Positions 37,347 to 45,610 of a stretch of 64,000 bases of DNA are shown one piece after another. Source of the DNA: Candidatus Latescibacterota bacterium (GTDB taxonomy: Bacteria; Latescibacterota; UBA2968; UBA8231); contig CBDCDC010000001.1 in assembly GCA_965215195.1 (NCBI GenBank), positions 992,001 through 1,056,000 of the forward strand. Direction: 5' to 3'. Positions within the stretch are counted from its first letter, which is position 1. Every line of letters begins with the position of its first letter. The position numbers and the translations under genes are program-made. Below the pieces are notes generated by a model. It saw nothing but the letters and a program-made list of their open reading frames with translations. It was not told the origin of the DNA and ran no database searches.

Positions 37347-38540
37347 TTGCTTGGTTGTGACAAAGGTCCGCAACGGAGTTATGGGCTGGGCCTGCTGGGA
37401 GCCGGGTTGATGCTTGGTGGTTATTGGCTGATCTGGGGGTCGGTTGCTGGGTTTGTCAACTCCATTGACCACGGCGAGCAGATCTTTGGCGATTTTCGGC
37501 GCTTCTACTATCCGATGGGCGAGGTGCTTTTTGCCGAAAAGTGGCCGGTTCGGGGGTACTACTATACCTCGTTTTTTGCATTGGGGCTGAGCCTCATGGC
37601 ACTCTTGCCGCTAGCGGCGGCGACTGTTTTGTGGGGGCTTTTGCAGGTGGGGTGGGCGGCAGTGTTCTGCTACGTATCTGGCCGCTATGTGCTCGGACTC
37701 TCCGCTCGGGGCCTGCTGGTTTATTCGTTGTTGTTGCTGGCTTCCTTTCCCTTGTTGCACAATTTCAAGTGGGGGCAGGTCAGTGTGTTGGTGACGCTTG
37801 GCATTTCATCGGCGTTTGCGCTGCACCAGCAGGGTCGAAGCGCACTGGGAGGGATAGTCTTGGCGCTGGTTACCTGTATCAAGTACTATCCCGTCGCGTT
37901 TGTCGTTTATTTTTTTGTCCGCCGCGACGGGCGTTTCCTCGCAGCTTTCGGAATTGGCTTGTTGGGGTTTTACTGCCTGCTGCCAGCCGCGTTGTTGGGG
38001 CCTGTGGATTGGTGGTACTTCGAGCGAGCAACCGCACAATCGCTGCCGGAGACGGCACGGCTCCTCAGCGATTTTAATACCCAGTATTTTGTCCATGTAC
38101 TCAACCGCTGGGGGCAGCTGCTGGGGTATCGCCTTTTGGAATCAACGCTCAATGTGCTACGGCTCGCAGGGGTACTGGTCTTTTGTGCCAACAGCGTCGT
38201 GATGTGGTGGTTACACAAGCGAAAAATCACTCATAGGGTGCCCCTATCGGCCGCGGCGCTCTTTATCGCCTTGCCGTTTGTGGTGCAGACCTCGTGGCCC
38301 CACTACTTCGTCTTTTTGCCCTTTTGCCAAGCGTCCTTGTGGGTGGTGCTCAGTGACGCCCGGGTGCATTGGCTGTGGCGGGTGCCAGTTGTGTGCTCGG
38401 CGGTGCTGGCGAGTGGGTATTGCTTTGCCTTGTTCCCAAGCTGGCGGTTGTACAACGGGGTGGGTGCGTTGTGGCTAGCCGATGCGGCCTTGTTGTGCTC
38501 GCTCTACGGCTTGGTCCTACGGCGAAGGCCGCACGAATGA
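37347..38540 (+). CDS. GT87-like (DUF2029) GT-C membrane glycosyltransferase
   Basis: About 10 TM segments; DF..FYY, YYYTSF, HNFKWGQVS, IKYYP and SWPHYF motifs. Start uncertain (TTG 37347 after AGGGG). Confidence 0.72.
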   Translation: MLGCDKGPQRSYGLGLLGAGLMLGGYWLIWGSVAGFVNSIDHGEQIFGDFRRFYYPMGEVLFAEKWPVRGYYYTSFFALGLSLMALLPLAAATVLWGLLQVGWAAVFCYVSGRYVLGLSARGLLVYSLLLLASFPLLHNFKWGQVSVLVTLGISSAFALHQQGRSALGGIVLALVTCIKYYPVAFVVYFFVRRDGRFLAAFGIGLLGFYCLLPAALLGPVDWWYFERATAQSLPETARLLSDFNTQYFVHVLNRWGQLLGYRLLESTLNVLRLAGVLVFCANSVVMWWLHKRKITHRVPLSAAALFIALPFVVQTSWPHYFVFLPFCQASLWVVLSDARVHWLWRVPVVCSAVLASGYCFALFPSWRLYNGVGALWLADAALLCSLYGLVLRRRPHE

Positions 38541-40306
38541 CTCGCCTGTTGCTGCTACTGGTAGCCTATGCTGCTTGCGAGCCTGCTCCGCCCGTCCTTC
38601 CTGGTCCTTTTCGGGTGGCCCAAGACGCCGGACTTGACTTCGCTTATACTAGCGGCGCGGCGGGCGATTACTTTCTTATTGAGACCATGGGCGCTGGCGG
38701 GGCCTTTCTCGACTACGACCAAGATGGCTGGCTCGACATCTACTTGGTGGATGGGTTCGACTTGTCGCATCTGCGCGGCCAGTACCCACCGATCAACCTC
38801 AGCTACCGCGACGAGACCCACTACTGGGTGGAAAAGGACTACCGGCCCAGCCTGAGTTTCAAGGGCCTAGTTGACGAAAGTGCCTACCAAGTTGCCCCGG
38901 CCACCACTCATCCACCCAAGAGAAATAGACTCTACCGCAACGAGGGAGACGGGACGTTTTGCGAGGTAGAAGGTGCGGCCGGGGCGGACGATACCGGCTA
39001 TGGCATGGGCGTGGCTGTCGGCGACTTTGATGCGGATGGCGACCCAGACCTCTACGTCACCAACTACGGCCCCAATGTCCTTTATCGCAACGACGGGGGC
39101 GCGTTTGTCGATGTTACCGAAAAAGCCGGCGTGGGGGATCCGCGCTGGAGCACCAGTGCCCTGTTCTTCGACTGCGATAACGACGGTGACCTCGACCTTT
39201 ACGCGGCTAATTACCTCGACTTTTATCCGGCCAACAACCGCGTTTGCGGCGGCACCATTACCCCTAAGCGCCGACGCCAAGAGTTGCTGAAAATTCCCTT
39301 CGCACTACGCACCTATTGCAGCCCGCGCCGCTACAATGGCGTCCCGGATGTGCTCTACCGCAACGATGGCACTACCTTTGTCGATGTCACGGAACAGGCG
39401 GGGCTCTTCAACCGCTTTGGCAAGGGCTTGGGGGTGCTGGCCAGCGACTTTGATGCGGATGGCGATACGGATCTCTACGTGGCCAATGACGGGGTCCGCA
39501 ATGCGCTCTACCGCAACGACAGCGGCACCTTCGTCGACATCGCGCTCTCCGCTGGGGCCGCGTACAATGGCAACGGCCGAGCCGAGGCCGGCATGGGCGT
39601 GGCTGCTGGCGACGTTGACGCGGATGGCGACCCAGATATTTTTGTCACCAACTTCTCGCGCGAAAGCAATACGTTCTACCGCAACGACGGAGCCCACCGC
39701 TTCACCGATAGCGGAGCGGCTATCGGCCTCGCCGACCCGAGTCTGCGACCCTTGGGTTTTGGTACCCTGTTTTTCGACGCGGACAACGACGGTGACCTCG
39801 ATCTCTACGTCGCCAACGGGCATGTCATGGACCGGATTCAGCTCCTCGAAGAAGATCTCCGCTACGCCCAACCCGACCAGCTTTTCGCCAACAGTGGCGG
39901 CCAGTTCCACGACGTGTCAGCGGCGGCCGGCCCAGCCTTTTCTCGGGCCGCGGTCTCGCGTGGCGCGGCGTATGGCGACTACGACGCCGATGGCGACCTC
40001 GATTTGTTAGTCACTCACTCCAGCGGTCCAGTGGTCCTCTACCGCAACGACCTACCACCTCGTTCTCATTGGCTCTTGGTGGAAGGCCTAGTGACCGGTA
40101 CCCGCGTCCGCCTGCTGTGCGATGACCACCAGCAGACGCGGACCGTCTCTGCTGGCGGCAGCTACCTATCGGTCAACGATCCACGCCTCCACTTTGGCTT
40201 GGGGGGGTGCGCCCGCATTGAGCATCTCGAAATTCGCTGGCCGGATGGTGCGCGGACCGACCACTACGACTTGGCCGTCGACCAAGTACTCCGCAGCGGA
40301 CGATGA
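38537..40306 (+). CDS. CRTAC1-family lipoprotein (FG-GAP + ASPIC/UnbV)
   Basis: ATGA overlap with the upstream gene; lipobox YAAC; FG-GAP repeats; GGSYLSVNDPRLHFGLG...WPDG. Confidence 0.87.
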   Translation: MTRLLLLLVAYAACEPAPPVLPGPFRVAQDAGLDFAYTSGAAGDYFLIETMGAGGAFLDYDQDGWLDIYLVDGFDLSHLRGQYPPINLSYRDETHYWVEKDYRPSLSFKGLVDESAYQVAPATTHPPKRNRLYRNEGDGTFCEVEGAAGADDTGYGMGVAVGDFDADGDPDLYVTNYGPNVLYRNDGGAFVDVTEKAGVGDPRWSTSALFFDCDNDGDLDLYAANYLDFYPANNRVCGGTITPKRRRQELLKIPFALRTYCSPRRYNGVPDVLYRNDGTTFVDVTEQAGLFNRFGKGLGVLASDFDADGDTDLYVANDGVRNALYRNDSGTFVDIALSAGAAYNGNGRAEAGMGVAAGDVDADGDPDIFVTNFSRESNTFYRNDGAHRFTDSGAAIGLADPSLRPLGFGTLFFDADNDGDLDLYVANGHVMDRIQLLEEDLRYAQPDQLFANSGGQFHDVSAAAGPAFSRAAVSRGAAYGDYDADGDLDLLVTHSSGPVVLYRNDLPPRSHWLLVEGLVTGTRVRLLCDDHQQTRTVSAGGSYLSVNDPRLHFGLGGCARIEHLEIRWPDGARTDHYDLAVDQVLRSGR

Positions 40307-41913
40307 ACCAGCGCGAACGCCTGCTCTACGCCTTGCTCCTGCTGTTGGCTGGTGCCGTGCTCTGCTATGGCTGGAAACTGTATTGGTTTCTCACCGACGA
40401 TGCCTACATTTCCTTTCGCTACATAAGCAACTGGACCTTGGGTTACGGTCCGGTGTGGAACCCGCCCCCGTTTCGCCCAGTTGAGGGCTACACCAATTTT
40501 CTCTGGCTCGTCTTGCTCTATGGGGTCTGGCAGGTCTTAGGCGTCGCCCCTCCCGAGGCGGCCAATTACCTCACCCTGTGCTTTGCCCTATGCTCGCTGT
40601 GCATTGCTTCGCAGATGCTGCTGCGCGTGCCTTGGTCGCCCAAGCTGCGTCCCTATCGTTTAGCCTTCCTCGCCCTCTTGCTGCTCGCAGTGACCACCAA
40701 CCGCACTTTCTTGGCTTGGAGCAGCTCGGGCTTGGAAACAGCGCTGTTTGGTTGCTTGGTCCTCGCTTGGACCTATGCCTGCGCTTTTGTTGCTCCTAGC
40801 CACCAGAGATGGCCTTTAGCTATTTCCTCCTCGGTCACCGGTATCTATTTGACGCGCCCCGATGGCCTGCTTTTCCTCGGTGCCACTGCTGTCGCGCTCT
40901 TGTGGGCTTGGCGCACCGGCTGCTATCCCGCTCGGCGACTCGCCCATGCTCTGCCCTTGCTGGCCGCGCCGCTGCATCTGCTCTGGCGTCAGAGCTTCTA
41001 CGGCGAATGGCTGCCCAATACCTACTATGCCAAAGCCGTCGGGGCTTGGCCGGCCAGTGGCCTCCGCTACGCGCTCTCTTTTATTCTCGAATACGCCCTA
41101 TGGATGTGGGGACTGCTTTTGGTCTATGTGCTATGGAAAAAGAGGGGAGCACTCAGGCCATCTTGGAACGGGCTGCTCGCCGTGCTCGCACTTTGTGGAC
41201 ACGTTGCGTATTACACATTTTTCCACGGTGGCGACCACTTTGAGTACCGGATTTACGCGCACTTGGTGCCTTTGTGCTACCTCGCCTTTGCGTGGTGCCT
41301 AAACGCCGTGGGGATCCAACCGAAAAAAGCGCTTGCGGCCCTCGGCCTCTCGGTTGTCCTCTCCTGGCCGATTCCTTGGATCCATTGGTCCCAGACCCAC
41401 CACATCGCCAGCCGCGGCCAGACCTTACAACTCAAAGTGCCCGTGGCCCCTCACTTTTTCGCCCCGATCCGCTGGTACGCGGCTGCTTTTGACGATCTGC
41501 AATACTGGCTCATTGATCGTTTTGTCTGCATCCGCCACCAAGAACATAAAGCCAACGCGCAATTCCTTGCCGAGATGTTCCCTCCTCGTACTCAGGGTCA
41601 GTTTCTACCCGCGGTCGACTATCCGGTTTTTTTCTTTCCCGCCATCGGCATCCCGGCTTGGCACCTGCCTCACATCAACATCCTCGACGTTCACGGCCTC
41701 AACGACTACGTCATCGCCCGCACTTCCCCCGAGCCGACAGCCAAGCGCATAATGGCCCACGAGCGCACGCCGCCGGCTGGTTATGTAGAGTGCTTCCAGC
41801 CCAATGTCCGCCTCGTCGCCCCCGGGCAAGTTAAGGTGTTCCCCCGCGCACTCTCAGCCGACCAAATTGCCGACTGCGAGACCCGATGGGCGGCGTCTCT
41901 TACTGCCCGTTAG
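40303..41913 (+). CDS. GT-C membrane glycosyltransferase, AftB-like
   Basis: TDDAYISFRY...GPVWN...VEGYTNFLW, SSGLET, TRPDG and YGEWLPNTYYAK motifs; multiple TMs; C-terminal DVHGLND...AHE. Confidence 0.68.
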   Translation: MNQRERLLYALLLLLAGAVLCYGWKLYWFLTDDAYISFRYISNWTLGYGPVWNPPPFRPVEGYTNFLWLVLLYGVWQVLGVAPPEAANYLTLCFALCSLCIASQMLLRVPWSPKLRPYRLAFLALLLLAVTTNRTFLAWSSSGLETALFGCLVLAWTYACAFVAPSHQRWPLAISSSVTGIYLTRPDGLLFLGATAVALLWAWRTGCYPARRLAHALPLLAAPLHLLWRQSFYGEWLPNTYYAKAVGAWPASGLRYALSFILEYALWMWGLLLVYVLWKKRGALRPSWNGLLAVLALCGHVAYYTFFHGGDHFEYRIYAHLVPLCYLAFAWCLNAVGIQPKKALAALGLSVVLSWPIPWIHWSQTHHIASRGQTLQLKVPVAPHFFAPIRWYAAAFDDLQYWLIDRFVCIRHQEHKANAQFLAEMFPPRTQGQFLPAVDYPVFFFPAIGIPAWHLPHINILDVHGLNDYVIARTSPEPTAKRIMAHERTPPAGYVECFQPNVRLVAPGQVKVFPRALSADQIADCETRWAASLTAR

Positions 41914-41930
41914 GCTGGCGAGCCGTCCCC

Positions 41931-42812
41931 TCATTCTCCTTCAAACAACCCCTCCTCCACCGGCATCAGCTCGAAGTCGCCGATAAATTCTCCGCTACAG
42001 TACATTTTCGGGTGTTGCGTCAGGGCCCAAAAGGCATCAAAGGTGTCTTCTTTGGTGTCCGCGTCGAGGAAGGACCAGCCGAGGCCGATGATCGCGCCTT
42101 CTTGCAGCGAGTGGCGGCGGCTCAGATGCGGCCCTTCCGGGTGCAGGTCGTCGAAGGGCGTTAGATAGCATTCGTAGAGGACGGTGCCCGGGGAGAGGTG
42201 CTCAACCGCGCCCTGCCACCCCACGGCCGAATAGCGTTCCTCTTTGGTCCACAGGGCTTTGCCCCACAGCCAGTGCCAGTAGTGGCCGTTGAGCGGCGGG
42301 ATGTAGAGGTGGTAGTTTTGGGTATAGGCGCTGCGGTGGCGCAATTCCACGTGGGGCGCTTCTGTTTGATCGGCGAAGTGAATGACCTTGTCGCCGGCGT
42401 GGTCGGCGTCGATGACGATTTCCCAGATGTCCGCGCCGTGGACGTGGGCACCGGTCAGGCGGCTGTGGGGGGTGTCGAGCGAGTCGGTGATGTCCTTGTG
42501 GAAGCGCCAGATGTCGTCGTACACCTCGGCCATGAAGTACAGGCGGTTGTGGGTTTTGTTCCAGCCGACAGCCGAGCGGCGCACGTGGAAATCCGTGGTG
42601 TCGGGCGCACCGCGCTCGCGGTGCAGCTCCGCGTATTGGGTGTAGTCGTAGAAGTACTCGGCGGGCACTTTGGCCCAGTCGGCGGCATGGCCGTCCATGT
42701 GCGGGACGTGGTCGTCGGGGAACTGGAAGACCTTGAAGGTGGTGTCTGCGGGGTAGTGGGCGAGGGCGGGCAGGGCCAGCAACAAAACGCCGACAGCAGC
42801 AATTAGATACAT
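41931..42812 (-). CDS. Secreted CBM9/DOMON-like protein (paralog of 16428)
   Basis: Signal peptide ...ALA-HYP; PHMDGHAADW, VGWN..HNRLYF, ADIWEIVIDADH, EGAIIGLGWSFLDAD; AGGAG RBS before ATG 42812. Confidence 0.7.
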   Translation of the reverse strand: MYLIAAVGVLLLALPALAHYPADTTFKVFQFPDDHVPHMDGHAADWAKVPAEYFYDYTQYAELHRERGAPDTTDFHVRRSAVGWNKTHNRLYFMAEVYDDIWRFHKDITDSLDTPHSRLTGAHVHGADIWEIVIDADHAGDKVIHFADQTEAPHVELRHRSAYTQNYHLYIPPLNGHYWHWLWGKALWTKEERYSAVGWQGAVEHLSPGTVLYECYLTPFDDLHPEGPHLSRRHSLQEGAIIGLGWSFLDADTKEDTFDAFWALTQHPKMYCSGEFIGDFELMPVEEGLFEGE

Positions 42813-42959
42813 GATGATAGGGCTCCTTTTTGGACGGCAAGGTAGGCTAGGGTATAGGGTGCTCCTACCTTTTGGGTTGACGGCAAAGTAGGCCAAAGAA
42901 GACATTGGCTCAAGGGGGGTGGGGATGGTTATATTGCAAAACCAGAAAGGAGAGTCTGC

Positions 42960-43964
42960 ATGCGCCTACTACTAATTTGGGTCGTCGCGCTCGTTGCCGC
43001 CGGGTGCGGCGAATCGGGCGACGAGCCCATGGAGAAAAGAATCGTCTGGTACGCCCTGATGGTTCACCCCTATGTCGAAGAGGTGCAAAAAGGGGTGATC
43101 GGCTATGAGCGCGACAGCGGGATCAAGATCAAGCGCCAGATCGGCCAAAACTGGACCCAAGACAATGAAAACGCCAACGTTGAGCCGCTGGCCGCCCAGG
43201 GCTACAAAGGCTTCTCGCTCTACCCGGCCGACGCCAGTGCCGCCAATGGACTGTACGAGGAATTGGTGCAAAACGGGGCCTATGTCGTCAGCTATGGAGC
43301 GCCGACGACCCTGCCGACGCCGGCTTCGTTTTGCGTGGCGACCGACGTCCGGCAGGCGGCACTGGAGGCGACCGAGGCGCTGATCGGCTTTATGGGCGGC
43401 AAGGGCCATATCCTCAACGTGCTGGAGCTGGTCGAAGACCCCAACACCATTCTGCGCAAAGAAGGCGTCGAGGCGGCGGTGGCCCAATACCCGGAGGTCC
43501 AGATCGTGCAAGAAATCGCCGGCATGGAGTCGATTGAGACTAGCACCGCCAAAATCCAAGACGCGCTCTCGGCGCGGATCGAGGAGATCGACGGCGTGAT
43601 TTGCACGGGGTACACCCCGACCGTGGCCGCGGCGACCATTCTGTCCGAGTGGAACCAAGCCCCGGGTAACAAGCGCATCCACTTCGTGGGCATTGACACG
43701 GACCCAGTGGTGCTCAACGCGATCCGCCGAGGGGCCATCGACGCGACCGTCTCGCAAAACCCCTACGGCCACGGCTACATCACGTGCGCCCTGTTGAGCT
43801 ATTTGCTCGATGGCTGGCAGGCCAATCCCGACCACTACTTCGTCAACTCGGGCACGGTGCTGGTGACCAAGGACAACGTCGATACCTTTGAGGGCGAAGT
43901 CAGGGCCATCACCGCGCGGATTATGGGCGAGTTGGAGACCAAATACCTCAGCCCGCCCCGCTGA
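42960..43964 (+). CDS. Sugar ABC transporter substrate-binding lipoprotein (RbsB-like)
   Basis: Lipobox AAGC; periplasmic-binding fold motifs FVGID...AIRRGAIDATVSQNPYGHGY. Confidence 0.88.
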   Translation: MRLLLIWVVALVAAGCGESGDEPMEKRIVWYALMVHPYVEEVQKGVIGYERDSGIKIKRQIGQNWTQDNENANVEPLAAQGYKGFSLYPADASAANGLYEELVQNGAYVVSYGAPTTLPTPASFCVATDVRQAALEATEALIGFMGGKGHILNVLELVEDPNTILRKEGVEAAVAQYPEVQIVQEIAGMESIETSTAKIQDALSARIEEIDGVICTGYTPTVAAATILSEWNQAPGNKRIHFVGIDTDPVVLNAIRRGAIDATVSQNPYGHGYITCALLSYLLDGWQANPDHYFVNSGTVLVTKDNVDTFEGEVRAITARIMGELETKYLSPPR

Positions 43965-43967
43965 TTC

Positions 43968-45476
43968 GTGCTCGAACTGCAATCCATTAGCAAGCACTTC
44001 CCGGGCGTCCAAGCCCTAGACGACGTCTCGCTCTCGTTCCAGCCGGGCCAGATCCACGCCCTAGTCGGGGAAAACGGCGCTGGCAAGAGCACTCTGCTCA
44101 AAATTGTCACCGGAATATACCAGCCCGACGCCGGGCAGATGCGCTTCAACGGTGCGCCGCTGCGCGTCCGCAACTGTCGCGACTGCCTCAACCGCGGCAT
44201 TGGCTTGGTCCACCAGGAAATCCAGGTAGTAGCCGAGGCCAGCGTGGCCGAGAACATCATGCTCGACAAGTTAGACGCCTTCAGCCGGTGGGGTCGCCTA
44301 GACTGGCCGCGGCTCGACGACCAAGCGCGGGCTGCGATGGCGCGGGTTGGGCTGGACATGGACCCGCAAGCACCCATTGGCGATTTAAGCGCGGCGCACA
44401 AGCAGCTCGTGCAGATCGCTCGGGTGCTGTCGGCCGAGGCGCGGGTCCTGCTATTAGACGAGCCAACGTCGTCGCTTACTGAGCACGAAGCGGCCCGGCT
44501 CTTTGGCATTTTGCGCCAGTTGCAGGAGGCGGGCGTGGCCATCGTCTTTGTCTCGCACAAGTTCGACGAGGTCTATCAGATCGCCGACCAAGTCAGCGTG
44601 TTGCGGGACGGGCGACACGTGGGCACGAGGGAATTGGCCGGGCTGCCGCGCGCCGAACTGATCGAGATGATGATCGGCCGGCCGGCCGCGACAGCTTCGT
44701 TTGGCGCGCCGGCCGTGGACCGGGCGCGGGCGGTGCTCAGGGTTGAGGGGCTGTACGCGCCGGGCCGAGCGCACGGAGTGAGCTTTTCGCTCTACGCCGG
44801 CGAGATTTTGGGGTTGTACGGCTTGGTGGGGGCCGGGCGCACCGAGTTGGCGCGGCTGTTGGTTGGAGCCGAGCAGGCCGAGCGCGGTGCCGTCTATATC
44901 CACGGAGAAAAAGCGCGGATCGGCTCGGTGGCCGACAGCCTGTACAAATACCGCATGGGCTACGTAACCGAAAACCGCAAAGAAGAGGGCCTGCTGCTGG
45001 ATTCAGCCGTGCGCACCAATCTCGGCATTGCGATATGGGAGCGGATCGTCGGCAAGTTCACCCGCCGGATCGACGACCGGGCCGAGACTAAAGCCGCGCA
45101 GGCCATGGTCGCGGCGCTGGATATCCGCACTACCGGGCTAGAGCAGGAGGTAGCTCACCTCAGCGGTGGCAATCAGCAGAAAGTTAGCTTGGGCAAGTGG
45201 CTGGCGGCCGAGTGCGATATCCTGATCGTGGATGAGCCGACCGTCGGGGTGGATATCCAAGCCAAGGCACAGATCCACCGCTTGCTCTGGGACTTGGCGG
45301 CCAAAGAAGGCAAGGCCATCATTTTGATTTCGTCGGACATGCCGGAGATCATCGGCTTGGCTGGGCGGATCCTCGTCTTTAAGGAAAAGCAGATCGTCCA
45401 CGAGATCGCCGAGATCCACGAGCGGGGGTTGAGCTACGACGCGATAAGCCGCCGCATCGGCCGCCATCTGAACTGA
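43968..45476 (+). CDS. Sugar ABC transporter ATP-binding protein (RbsA/MglA-like)
   Basis: GENGAGKST Walker A, LLLDEPT, second domain LSGGNQQK / IVDEPTVGVD. Confidence 0.95.
   Translation: MLELQSISKHFPGVQALDDVSLSFQPGQIHALVGENGAGKSTLLKIVTGIYQPDAGQMRFNGAPLRVRNCRDCLNRGIGLVHQEIQVVAEASVAENIMLDKLDAFSRWGRLDWPRLDDQARAAMARVGLDMDPQAPIGDLSAAHKQLVQIARVLSAEARVLLLDEPTSSLTEHEAARLFGILRQLQEAGVAIVFVSHKFDEVYQIADQVSVLRDGRHVGTRELAGLPRAELIEMMIGRPAATASFGAPAVDRARAVLRVEGLYAPGRAHGVSFSLYAGEILGLYGLVGAGRTELARLLVGAEQAERGAVYIHGEKARIGSVADSLYKYRMGYVTENRKEEGLLLDSAVRTNLGIAIWERIVGKFTRRIDDRAETKAAQAMVAALDIRTTGLEQEVAHLSGGNQQKVSLGKWLAAECDILIVDEPTVGVDIQAKAQIHRLLWDLAAKEGKAIILISSDMPEIIGLAGRILVFKEKQIVHEIAEIHERGLSYDAISRRIGRHLN
45455..45476 (+). 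repeat. Left 22-bp direct repeat
   Basis: CATCGGCCGCCATCTGAACTGA, the last 22 nt of the ABC ATPase gene; identical to 52103-52124. Confidence 0.95.
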
Positions 45477-45610
45477 GCCAATGGGAAGTTCTCTGGGGCG
45501 AGCAAACATCCTCGAAAACCAGAGAAGCCGTCTTGACCGGCGAATCCCTTTTCTGTTTTATTCCAACCCCCAAAACAGATAGATATAGATATAGAATTGA
45601 GGATGTGATT

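Noticed and set aside
1398-40306. Recurring GACxxCGACGGCGAC-like DNA motifs as CRISPR or DNA repeats
   Set aside because: They encode FG-GAP DxDxDG motifs inside ORFs, are degenerate and are irregularly spaced.
42972-44560. Long antisense ORFs (346 and 241 aa) and similar shadow ORFs elsewhere
   Set aside because: They mirror well-supported genes in high-GC DNA and have no motifs of their own.
45577-45597. AGATAGATATAGATATAGA microrepeat upstream of the large ATPase
   Set aside because: Only about three imperfect units; no evidence for phase variation.
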